Part shown: one piece after another, positions 1 through 12,285 of the stretch
Layout of the letters: the number at the start of each line of letters is the position of its first letter
Numbering within the stretch: the first letter of the stretch is position 1
Source of the DNA: Auanema rhodensis
Lineage: Eukaryota > Animalia > Nematoda
NCBI GenBank assembly: GCA_964057225.1
Contig: OZ059897.1
Location: 4,712,001-4,776,000, forward strand
DNA length: 64,000 nt
Direction of reading: 5' to 3'
Position numbers and translations under genes: made by a program
Notes under the pieces: model-generated
What the model was told of the DNA's origin: nothing
What the model saw: only the letters and a program-made list of their open reading frames with translations
Databases searched by the model: none

Positions 1-80
1 AATGTTTTTCAACGAAAAAATCATTTCTTCAGGGTGAAAATCGAGGATATAAGTGTGAACATATATCAGTTGATATCTCG

Positions 81-150
81 GTGCATTTTTAAGCTAACTC
101 AAATCTGATAACACAGATCAACGCAGCTTAAAAATCCGCATCGAATGCAC
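81..150. repeat. Compound inverted repeat within the monomer (coordinates for copy 1; recurs every 351 bp)
   Basis: ATTTTTAAGCT (85-95) and AGCTTAAAAAT (125-135) form a perfect 11-bp inverted repeat. It encloses ATCTG (103-107) / CAGAT (114-118). GTGCATT (81-87) also matches AATGCAC (144-150). Confidence 0.9.
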
Positions 151-204
151 TATACTACATTGAGAAACGCTCTATACAAAAATTAGTTATTATCGTTTGA
201 AAAA

Positions 205-246
205 TAATGCATTAGTGTATGTTGAGTTCCCATGTACACTCAACAT
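205..246. repeat. Palindrome plus inverted repeat within the monomer (copy 1 coordinates)
   Basis: TAATGCATTA (205-214) is a perfect 10-bp palindrome. ATGTTGAGT (219-227) / ACTCAACAT (238-246) is a 9-bp inverted repeat. An alternative pairing is AGTGTA (214-219) / TACACT (235-240). Confidence 0.9.
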
Positions 247-3200
247 TGCTTCCAAAAACATTTTGATAAAAATTTTCCCGAAAAATTTCTAAATAATTTC
301 ACAAAAAGTAGATGTTTTTAGATTCCTTTTTTCAAGACGAAGACGATGGACAATGTTTTTCAACGAAAAAATCATTTCTTCAGAGTGAAAATCGAGGATA
401 TAAGTGTGAACATATATCAGTTGATATCTCGGTGCATTTTTAAGCTAACTCAAATCTGATAACACAGATCAACGCAGCTTAAAAATCCGCATCGAATGCA
501 CTATACTACATTGAGAAACGCTCTATACAAAAATTAGTTATTATCGTTTGAAAAATAATGCATTAGTGTATGTTGAGTTCCCATGTACACTCAACATTGC
601 TTCCAAAAACATTTTGACAAAAATTTTCCCGAAAAATTTCTAAATAATTTCACAAAAAGTAGATGTTTTTAGATTCCTTTTTTCAAGGCGAAGACGATGG
701 ACAATGTTATGCAACAAAAAAATCATTTCTTCAGGGTTAAAATCGAGGATATAAGTGTGAAAATATATCAGTTGATAACTCGGTGCATTTTTAAGCTAAC
801 TCAAATCTGATAACACAGATCGACGCAGCTTAAAAATCCGCATCGAATGCACTATACTACATTGAGAAACGCTATTCACAAAAATCAGTTATGATCGTTT
901 GAAAAATAATGCATTAGTGTATGTTGAGTTCCCATGTACACTCAACATTGCTTCCAAAAACATTTTGACAAAAATTTTCCCGAAAAATTTCTAAATAATT
1001 TCACAAAAAGTAGATGTTTTTAGATTCCTTTTTTCAAGACGAAGACGATGGACAATGTTTTTCAACGAAAAAATCATTTCTTCAGGGTGAAAATCGAGGA
1101 TATAAGTGTGAACATATATCAGTTGATATCTCGGTGCATTTTTAAGCTAACTCAAATCTGATAACACAGATCAACGCAGCTTAAAAATCCGCATCGAATG
1201 CACTATACTACATTGAGAAACGCTCTATACAAAAATTAGTTATTATCGTTTGAAAAATAATGCATTAGTGTATGTTGAGTTCCCATGTACACTCAACATT
1301 GCTTCCAAAAACATTTTGACAAAAAATTTCCCGAAAAATTTCTAAATAATTTCACAAAAAGTAGATGTTTTTAGATTCCTTTTTTCAAGGCGAAGACGAT
1401 GGACAATGTTATGCAACAAAAAAATCATTTCTTCAGGGTTAAAATCGAGGATATAAGTGTGAAAATATATCAGTTGATATCTCGGTGCATTTTTAAGCTA
1501 ATTCAAATCTGATAACACAGATCAACGCAGCTTAAAAATCCGCATCGAATGCACTATACTACATTGAGAAACGCTCTATACAAAAATTAGTTATGATCGT
1601 TTGAAAAATAATGCATTAGTGTATGTTGAGTTCCCATGTACACTCAACATTGCTTCCAAAAACATTTTGACAAAAATTTTCCCGAAAAATTTCTAAATAA
1701 TTTGACAAAAAGTAGATGTTTTTAGATTTCTTTTTTCAAGACGAAGACATTGGACAATGTTTTTCAACGAAAAAATCATTTCTTCAGGGTGAAAATCGAG
1801 GATATAAGTGTGAAACTATATCAGTTGATATCTCGGTGCATTTTTAAGCTAACTCAAATCTGATAACACAGATCGACGCAGCTTAAAAATTCGCATCGAA
1901 TGCACTATACTACATTGAGAAACGCTCTATACAAAAATAAGTTATGATCGTTTGAAAAATAATGCATTAGTGTATGTTGAGTTCCCATGTACACTCAACA
2001 TTGCTTCCAAAAACATTTTGACAAAAATTTTCCCGAAAAATTTCTAAATAGTTTCACAAAAAGTAGATGTTTTTAGATTCCTTTTTTCAAGGCGAAGACA
2101 TTGGATAATGTTTTTCAACGAAAAAATCATTTCTTCAGGGTGAAAATCGAGAATATAAGTGTGAACCTATATCAGTTGATATCTCGGTGCATTTTTAAGC
2201 TAGCTCAAATCTGATAACACAGATCGACGCAGCTTAAAAATCCGCATCGAATGCTTTATACTACATTGAGAAACGCTATTCACAAAAATCAGTTATGATC
2301 GTTTGAAAAATAATGCATTAGTGTATGTTGAGTTCCCATGTACACTCAACATTGCTTCCAAAAACATTTTGACAAAAATTTTCCCGAAAAATTTCTAAAT
2401 AATTTCACAAAAAGTAGATGTTTTTAGATTCCTTTTTTCAAGGCGAAGACGATGGACAATGTTATGCAACAAAAAAAACATTTCTTCAGGGTTAAAATCG
2501 AGGATATAAGTGTGAAAATATATCAGTTGATATCTCGGTGCATTTTTAAGCTAACTCAAATCTGATAACACAGATCGACGCAGCTTAAAAATCCGCATCG
2601 AATGCACTATACTACATTGAGAAACGCTCTATACAAAAATTAGTTATTATCGTTTGAAAAATAATGCATTAGTGTATGTTGAGTTCCCATGTACACTCAA
2701 CATTGCTTCCAAAAACATTTTGACAAAAATTTTCCCGAAAAATTTCTAAATAATTTCACAAAAAGTAGATGTTTTTAGATTCCTTTTTTCAAGGCGAAGA
2801 CGATGGACAATGTTATGCAACAAAAAAATCATTTCTTCAGGGTTAAAATCGAGGATATAAGTGTGAACATATATCAGTTGATATCTCGGTGCATTTTTAA
2901 GCTAACTCAAATCTGATAACACAGATCAACGCAGCTTAAAAATCCGCATCGAATGCACTATACTACATTGAGAAACGCTCTATACAAAAATTAGTTATTA
3001 TCGTTTGAAAAATAATGCATTAGTGTATGTTGAGTTCCCATGTACACTCAACATTGCTTCCAAAAACATTTTGACAAAAATTTTCCCGAAAAATTTCTAA
3101 ATAATTTCACAAAAAGTAGATGTTTTTAGATTTCTTTTTTCAAGACGAAGACATTGGACAATGTTTTTCAACGAAAAAATCATTTCTTCAGGGTGAAAAT

Positions 3201-4212
3201 CGAGGATATAAGTGTGAAACTATATCAGTTGATATCTCGGTGCATTTTTAAGCTAACTCAAATCTGATAACACAGATCGACGCAGCTTAAAAATTCGCAT
3301 CGAATGCACTATACTACATTGAGAAACGCTCTATACAAAAATAAGTTATGATCGTTTGAAAAATAATGCATTAGTGTATGTTGAGTTCCCATGTACACTC
3401 AACATTGCTTCCAAAAACATTTTGACAAAAATTTTCCCGAAAAATTTCTAAATAATTTCACAAAAAGTAGATGTTTTTAGATTGCTTTTTTCAAGACGAA
3501 GACGATGGACAATGTTTTTCAACGAAAAAATCATTTCTTCAGAGTGAAAATCGAGGATATAAGTGTGAACATATATCAGTTGATATCTCGGTGCATTTTT
3601 AAGCTAACTCAAATCTGATAACACAGATCAACGCAGCTTAAAAATCCGCATCGAATGCACTATACTACATTGAGAAACGCTCTATACAAAAATTAGTTAT
3701 TATCGTTTGAAAAATAATGCATTAGTGTATGTTGAGTTCCCATGTACACTCAACATTGCTTCCAAAAACATTTTGACAAAAATTTTCCCGAAAAATTTCT
3801 AAATAATTTCACAAAAAGTAGATGTTTTTAGATTCCTTTTTTCAAGGCGAAGACGATGGACAATGTTATGCAACAAAAAAATCATTTCTTCAGGGTTAAA
3901 ATCGAGGATATAAGTGTGAAAATATATCAGTTGATATCTCGGTGCATTTTTAAGCTAATTCAAATCTGATAACACAGATCAACGCAGCTTAAAAATCCGC
4001 ATCGAATGCACTATACTACATTGAGAAACGCTCTATACAAAAATTAGTTATGATCGTTTGAAAAATAATGCATTAGTGTATGTTGAGTTCCCATGTACAC
4101 TCAACATTGCTTCCAAAAACATTTTGACAAAAATTTTCCCGAAAAATTTCTAAATAATTTCACAAAAAGTAGATGTTTTTAGATTCCTTTTTTCAAGGCG
4201 AAGACGATGGAC

Positions 4213-7200
4213 AATGTTATGCAACAAAAAAATCATTTCTTCAGGGTTAAAATCGAGGATATAAGTGTGAAAATATATCAGTTGATATCTCGGTGCATTT
4301 TTAAGCTAATTCAAATCTGATAACACAGATCAACGCAGCTTAAAAATCCGCATCGAATGCACTATACTACATTGAGAAACGCTCTATACAAAAATTAGTT
4401 ATGATCGTTTGAAAAATAATGCATTAGTGTATGTTGAGTTCCCATGTACACTCAACATTGCTTCCAAAAACATTTTGACAAAAATTTTCCCGAAAAATTT
4501 CTAAATAATTTGACAAAAAGTAGATGTTTTTAGATTCCTTTTTTCAAGACGAAGACATTGGACAATGTTTTTCAACGAAAAAATCATTTCTTCAGGGTGA
4601 AAATCGAGGATATAAGTGTGAAACTATATCAGTTGATATCTCGGTGCATTTTTAAGCTAACTCAAATCTGATAACACAGATCGACGCAGCTTAAAAATTC
4701 GCATCGAATGCACTATACTACATTGAGAAACGCTCTATACAAAAATAAGTTATGATCGTTTGAAAAATAATGCATTAGTGTATGTTGAGTTCCCATGTAC
4801 ACTCAACATTGCTTCCAAAAACATTTTGACAAAAATTTTCCCGAAACATTTCTAAATAATTTCACAAAAAGTAGATGTTTTTGAATTCCTTTTTTCAAGG
4901 CGAAGACATTGGACAATGTTTTTCAACGAAAAAATCATTTCTTCAAGGTGAAAATCGAGGATATAAGTGTGAACATATATCAGTTGATATCTCGGTGCAT
5001 TTTTAAGCTAACTCAAATCTGATAACACAGATCGACGCAGCTTAAAAATCCGCATCGAATGCACTATACTACATTGAGAAACGCTCTATACAAAAATTAG
5101 TTATGATCGTTTGAAAAATAATGCATTAGTGTATGTTGAGTTCCCATGTACACTCAACATTGCTTCCAAAAACATTTTGACAAAAATTTTCCCGAAAAAT
5201 TTCTAAATAATTTCACAAAAAGTAGATGTTTTTAGATTTCTTTTATCAAGACGAAGACGATGGACAATGGTTTTCAACGAAAAAATCATTTCTTCAGGGT
5301 TAAAATCGAGGATATAAGTGTGAAACTATATCAGTTGATATCTCGGTGCATTTTTAAGCTAACTCAAATCTGATAACACAGATCAACGCAGCTTAAAAAT
5401 TCGCATCGAATGCACTATACTACATTGAGAAACGCTCTATACAAAAATTAGTTATTATCGTTTGAAAAATAATGCATTAGTGTATGCTGAGTTCCCATGT
5501 ACACTCAACATTGCTTCCAAAAACATTTTGACAAAAATTTTCCCGAAAAATTTCTAAATAATTTCACAAAAAGTAAATGTTTTTAGATTTCTTTTTTCAA
5601 GGCGAAGACATTGGACAATGTTTTTCAACGAAAAAATCATTTCTTCAGGGTGAAAATCGAGGATATAAGTGTGAACATATATCAGTTGATATCTCGGTGC
5701 ATTTTTAAGCTAACTCAAATCTGATAACACAGATCAACGCAGCTTAAAAATCCGCATCGAATGCACTATACTACATTGAGAAACGCTCTATACAAAAATT
5801 AGTTATTATCGTTTGAAAAATAATGCATTAGTGTATGTTGAGTTCCCATGTACACTCAACATTGCTTCCAAAAACATTTTGACAAAAATTTTCCCGAAAA
5901 ATTTCTAAATAATTTCACAAAAAGTAGATGTTTTTAGATTTCTTTTTTCAAAGCGAAGACATTGGACAATGTTTTTCAACGAAAAAATCATTTCTTCAGG
6001 GTGAAAATCGAGGATATAAGTGTGAACATATATCAGTTGATATCTCGGTGCATTTTTAAGCTAACTCAAATCTGATAACACAGATCAACGCAGCTTAAAA
6101 ATCCGCATCGAATGCACTATACTACATTGAGAAACGCTCTATACAAAAATTAGTTATTATCGTTTGAAAAATAATGCATTAGTGTATGCTGAGTTCCCAT
6201 GTACACTCAACATTGCTTCCAAAAACATTTTGACAAAAATTTTCCCGAAAAATTTCTAAATAGTTTCACAAAAAGTAGATGTTTTTAGATTCCTTTTTTC
6301 AAGGCGAAGACATTGGATAATGTTTTTCAACGAAAAAATCATTTCTTCAGGGTGAAAATCGAGAATATAAGTGTGAACCTATATCAGTTGATATCTCGGT
6401 GCATTTTTAAGCTAGCTCAAATCTGATAACACAGATCGACGCAGCTTAAAAATCCGCATCGAATGCACTATACTACATTGAGAAACGCTCTTTACAAAAA
6501 TTAGTTATGATCGTTTGAAAAATAATGCATTAGTGTATGTTGAGTTCCCATGTACACTCAACATTGCTTCCAAAAACATTTTGACAAAAATTTTCCCGAA
6601 AAATTTCTAAATAATTTCACAAAAAGTAGATGTTTTTAGATTTCTTTTATCAAGACGAAGACGATGGACAATGGTTTTCAACGAAAAAATCATTTCTTCA
6701 GGGTTAAAATCGAGGATATAAGTGTGAAACTATATCAGTTGATATCTCGGTGCATTTTTAAGCTAACTCAAATCTGATAACACAGATCAACGCAGCTTAA
6801 AAATTCGCATCGAATGCACTATACTACATTGAGAAACGCTATTTACAAAAATCAGTTATGATCGTTTGAAAAATAATGCATTAGTGTATGTTGAGTTCCC
6901 ATGTACACTCAACATTGCTTCCAAAAACATTTTGACAAAAATTTTCCCGAAAAATTTCTAAATAATTTCACAAAAAGTAGATGTTTTTAGATTCCTTTTT
7001 TCAAGGCGAAGACGATGGACAATGTTATGCAACAAAAAAATCATTTCTTCAGGGTTAAAATCGAGGATATAAGTGTGAAAATATATCAGTTGATATCTCG
7101 GTGCATTTTTAAGCTAATTCAAATCTGATAACACAGATCAACGCAGCTTAAAAATCCGCATCGAATGCACTATACTACATTGAGAAACGCTCTATACAAA

Positions 7201-7722
7201 AATTAGTTATGATCGTTTGAAAAATAATGCATTAGTGTATGTTGAGTTCCCATGTACACTCAACATTGCTTCCAAAAACATTTTGACAAAAATTTTCCCG
7301 AAAAATTTCTAAATAATTTGACAAAAAGTAGATGTTTTTAGATTCCTTTTTTCAAGACGAAGACATTGGACAATGTTTTTCAACGAAAAAATCATTTCTT
7401 CAGGGTGAAAATCGAGGATATAAGTGTGAAACTATATCAGTTGATATCTCGGTGCATTTTTAAGCTAACTCAAATCTGATAACACAGATCGACGCAGCTT
7501 AAAAATTCGCATCGAATGCACTATACTACATTGAGAAACGCTCTATACAAAAATAAGTTATGATCGTTTGAAAAATAATGCATTAGTGTATGTTGAGTTC
7601 CCATGTACACTCAACATTGCTTCCAAAAACATTTTGACAAAAATTTTCCCGAAACATTTCTAAATAATTTCACAAAAAGTAGATGTTTTTGAATTCCTTT
7701 TTTCAAGGCGAAGACATTGGAT
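4213..7722. repeat. 8-monomer higher-order unit (2808 bp); also at 46333-51948
   Basis: The rare GAATTC variant (p320-325) occurs at 4883 and 7691, and at 47003 and 49811. Both pairs are 2808 bp apart, with the same ordered series of monomer types in between. Confidence 0.8.
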
Positions 7723-10700
7723 AATGTTTTTCAACGAAAAAATCATTTCTTCAGGGTGAAAATCGAGAATATAAGTGTGAACCTATATCAGTTGATATCT
7801 CGGTGCATTTTTAAGCTAGCTCAAATCTGATAACACAGATCGACGCAGCTTAAAAATCCGCATCGAATGCACTATACTACATTGAGAAACGCTCTTTACA
7901 AAAATTAGTTATGATCGTTTGAAAAATAATGCATTAGTGTATGTTGAGTTCCCATGTACACTCAACATTGCTTCCAAAAACATTTTGACAAAAATTTTCC
8001 CGAAAAATTTCTAAATAATTTCACAAAAAGTAGATGTTTTTAGATTTCTTTTATCAAGACGAAGACGATGGACAATGGTTTTCAACGAAAAAATCATTTC
8101 TTCAGGGTTAAAATCGAGGATATAAGTGTGAAACTATATCAGTTGATATCTCGGTGCATTTTTAAGCTAACTCAAATCTGATAACACAGATCAACGCAGC
8201 TTAAAAATTCGCATCGAATGCACTATACTACATTGAGACACGCTCTATACAAAAATTAGTTATTATCGTTTGAAAAATAATGCATTAGTGTATGCTGAGT
8301 TCCCATGTACACTCAACATTGCTTCCAAAAACATTTTGACAAAAATTTTCCCGAAAAATTTCTAAATAATTTCACAAAAAGTAAATGTTTTTAGATTTCT
8401 TTTTTCAAGGCGAAGACATTGGACAATGTTTTTCAACGAAAAAATCATTTCTTCAGGGTGAAAATCGAGGATATAAGTGTGAACATATATCAGTTGATAT
8501 CTCGGTGCATTTTTAAGCTAACTCAAATCTGATAACACAGATCAACGCAGCTTAAAAATCCGCATCGAATGCACTATACTACATTGAGAAACGCTCTATA
8601 CAAAAATTAGTTATTATCGTTTGAAAAATAATGCATTAGTGTATGTTGAGTTCCCATGTACACTCAACATTGCTTCCAAAAACATTTTGACAAAAATTTT
8701 CCCGAAAAATTTCTAAATAATTTCACAAAAAGTAGATGTTTTTAGATTTCTTTTTTCAAAGCGAAGACATTGGACAATGTTTTTCAACGAAAAAATCATT
8801 TCTTCAGGGTGAAAATCGAGGATATAAGTGTGAACATATATCAGTTGATATCTCGGTGCATTTTTAAGCTAACTCAAATCTGATAACACAGATCAACGCA
8901 GCTTAAAAATCCGCATCGAATGCACTATACTACATTGAGAAACGCTCTATACAAAAATTAGTTATTATCGTTTGAAAAATAATGCATTAGTGTATGCTGA
9001 GTTCCCATGTACACTCAACATTGCTTCCAAAAACATTTTGACAAAAATTTTCCCGAAAAATTTCTAAATAGTTTCACAAAAAGTAGATGTTTTTAGATTC
9101 CTTTTTTCAAGGCGAAGACATTGGATAATGTTTTTCAACGAAAAAATCATTTCTTCAGGGTGAAAATCGAGAATATAAGTGTGAACCTATATCAGTTGAT
9201 ATCTCGGTGCATTTTTAAGCTAGCTCAAATCTGATAACACAGATCGACGCAGCTTAAAAATCCGCATCGAATGCACTATACTACATTGAGAAACGCTCTT
9301 TACAAAAATTAGTTATGATCGTTTGAAAAATAATGCATTAGTGTATGTTGAGTTCCCATGTACACTCAACATTGCTTCCAAAAACATTTTGACAAAAATT
9401 TTCCCGAAAAATTTCTAAATAATTTCACAAAAAGTAGATGTTTTTAGATTTCTTTTATCAAGACGAAGACGATGGACAATGGTTTTCAACGAAAAAATCA
9501 TTTCTTCAGGGTTAAAATCGAGGATATAAGTGTGAAACTATATCAGTTGATATCTCGGTGCATTTTTAAGCTAACTCAAATCTGATAACACAGATCAACG
9601 CAGCTTAAAAATTCGCATCGAATGCACTATACTACATTGAGAAACGCTCTATACAAAAATTAGTTATTATCGTTTGAAAAATAATGCATTAGTGTATGCT
9701 GAGTTCCCATGTACACTCAACATTGCTTCCAAAAACATTTTGACAAAAATTTTCCCGAAAAATTTCTAAATAATTTCACAAAAAGTAAATGTTTTTAGAT
9801 TTCTTTTTTCAAGGCGAAGACATTGGACAATGTTTTTCAACGAAAAAATCATTTCTTCAGGGTGAAAATCGAGGATATAAGTGTGAACATATATCAGTTG
9901 ATATCTCGGTGCATTTTTAAGCTAACTCAAATCTGATAACACAGATCAACGCAGCTTAAAAATCCGCATCGAATGCACTATACTACATTGAGAAACGCTC
10001 TATACAAAAATTAGTTATTATCGTTTGAAAAATAATGCATTAGTGTATGTTGAGTTCCCATGTACACTCAACATTGCTTCCAAAAACATTTTGACAAAAA
10101 TTTTCCCGAAAAATTTCTAAATAATTTCACAAAAAGTAGATGTTTTTAGATTTCTTTTTTCAAAGCGAAGACATTGGACAATGTTTTTCAACGAAAAAAT
10201 CATTTCTTCAGGGTGAAAATCGAGGATATAAGTGTGAACATATATCAGTTGATATCTCGGTGCATTTTTAAGCTAACTCAAATCTGATAACACAGATCAA
10301 CGCAGCTTAAAAATCCGCATCGAATGCACTATACTACATTGAGAAACGCTCTATACAAAAATTAGTTATTATCGTTTGAAAAATAATGCATTAGTGTATG
10401 CTGAGTTCCCATGTACACTCAACATTGCTTCCAAAAACATTTTGACAAAAATTTTCCCGAAAAATTTCTAAATAGTTTCACAAAAAGTAGATGTTTTTAG
10501 ATTCCTTTTTTCAAGGCGAAGACATTGGATAATGTTTTTCAACGAAAAAATCATTTCTTCAGGGTGAAAATCGAGAATATAAGTGTGAACCTATATCAGT
10601 TGATATCTCGGTGCATTTTTAAGCTAGCTCAAATCTGATAACACAGATCGACGCAGCTTAAAAATCCGCATCGAATGCACTATACTACATTGAGAAACGC

Positions 10701-12285
10701 TCTTTACAAAAATTAGTTATGATCGTTTGAAAAATAATGCATTAGTGTATGTTGAGTTCCCATGTACACTCAACATTGCTTCCAAAAACATTTTGACAAA
10801 AATTTTCCCGAAAAATTTCTAAATAATTTCACAAAAAGTAGATGTTTTTAGATTTCTTTTATCAAGACGAAGACGATGGACAATGGTTTTCAACGAAAAA
10901 ATCATTTCTTCAGGGTTAAAATCGAGGATATAAGTGTGAAACTATATCAGTTGATATCTCGGTGCATTTTTAAGCTAACTCAAATCTGATAACACAGATC
11001 AACGCAGCTTAAAAATTCGCATCGAATGCACTATACTACATTGAGAAACGCTCTATACAAAAATTAGTTATTATCGTTTGAAAAATAATGCATTAGTGTA
11101 TGCTGAGTTCCCATGTACACTCAACATTGCTTCCAAAAACATTTTGACAAAAATTTTTCCGAAAAATTTCTAAATAATTTCACAAAAAGTAAATGTTTTT
11201 AGATTTCTTTTTTCAAGGCGAAGACATTGGACAATGTTTTTCAACGAAAAAATCATTTCTTCAGGGTGAAAATCGAGGATATAAGTGTGAACATATATCA
11301 GTTGATATCTCGGTGCATTTTTAAGCTAACTCAAATCTGATAACACAGATCAACGCAGCTTAAAAATCCGCATCGAATGCACTATACTACATTGAGAAAC
11401 GCTCTATACAAAAATTAGTTATTATCGTTTGAAAAATAATGCATTAGTGTATGCTGAGTTCCCATGTACACTCAACATTGCTTCCAAAAACATTTTGACA
11501 AAAATTTTCCCGAAAAATTTCTAAATAGTTTCACAAAAAGTAGATGTTTTTAGATTCCTTTTTTCAAGGCGAAGACATTGGATAATGTTTTTCAACGAAA
11601 AAATCATTTCTTCAGGGTGAAAATCGAGAATATAAGTGTGAACCTATATCAGTTGATATCTCGGTGCATTTTTAAGCTAGCTCAAATCTGATAACACAGA
11701 TCGACGCAGCTTAAAAATCCGCATCGAATGCACTATACTACATTGAGAAACGCTCTTTACAAAAATTAGTTATGATCGTTTGAAAAATAATGCATTAGTG
11801 TATGTTGAGTTCCCATGTACACTCAACATTGCTTCCAAAAACATTTTGACAAAAATTTTCCCGAAAAATTTCTAAATAATTTCACAAAAAGTAGATGTTT
11901 TTAGATTTCTTTTATCAAGACGAAGACGATGGACAATGGTTTTCAACGAAAAAATCATTTCTTCAGGGTTAAAATCGAGGATATAAGTGTGAAACTATAT
12001 CAGTTGATATCTCGGTGCATTTTTAAGCTAACTCAAATCTGATAACACAGATCAACGCAGCTTAAAAATTCGCATCGAATGCACTATACTACATTGAGAA
12101 ACGCTCTATACAAAAATTAGTTATTATCGTTTGAAAAATAATGCATTAGTGTATGCTGAGTTCCCATGTACACTCAACATTGCTTCCAAAAACATTTTGA
12201 CAAAAATTTTTCCGAAAAATTTCTAAATAATTTCACAAAAAGTAAATGTTTTTAGATTTCTTTTTTCAAGGCGAAGACATTGGAC
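7723..12285. repeat. 4-monomer higher-order repeat run (1404 bp), including one 3-mer variant
   Basis: The marker AATGGTTTTC (T5G) occurs at 5270, 6674, 8078, 9482 and 10886 (1404-bp steps), then at 11939 (1053-bp step, one monomer missing). Four haplotypes cycle in fixed order. Confidence 0.9.

Noticed and set aside
81-150. Hairpins as intrinsic terminators, promoters or transposon terminal repeats
   Set aside because: There are no adjacent genes, target-site duplications or element boundaries. The stems are AT-rich and simply repeat with the monomer.
277-291. CENP-B box on the minus strand (ends in CGGG)
   Set aside because: It reads TAGAAATTTTTCGGG. The TTCG and the central A of the TTCGNNNNANNCGGG core are missing.
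1-351. Tandem 5S rRNA, tRNA, snRNA or spliced-leader gene unit
   Set aside because: The unit length is compatible, but I recognise no 5S, tRNA cloverleaf, snRNA or SL sequence on either strand. An Rfam/Infernal scan would be the definitive test.
1-351. Assignment to a known ~350-360 bp satellite (e.g. Drosophila 1.688 family or tenebrionid beetle satellites)
   Set aside because: Only length and AT-richness are similar. I cannot confirm sequence homology without a search.
1-351. Monomer as a diverged dimer of ~175-bp halves
   Set aside because: No convincing colinear similarity between the halves by eye; only short scattered motifs match.
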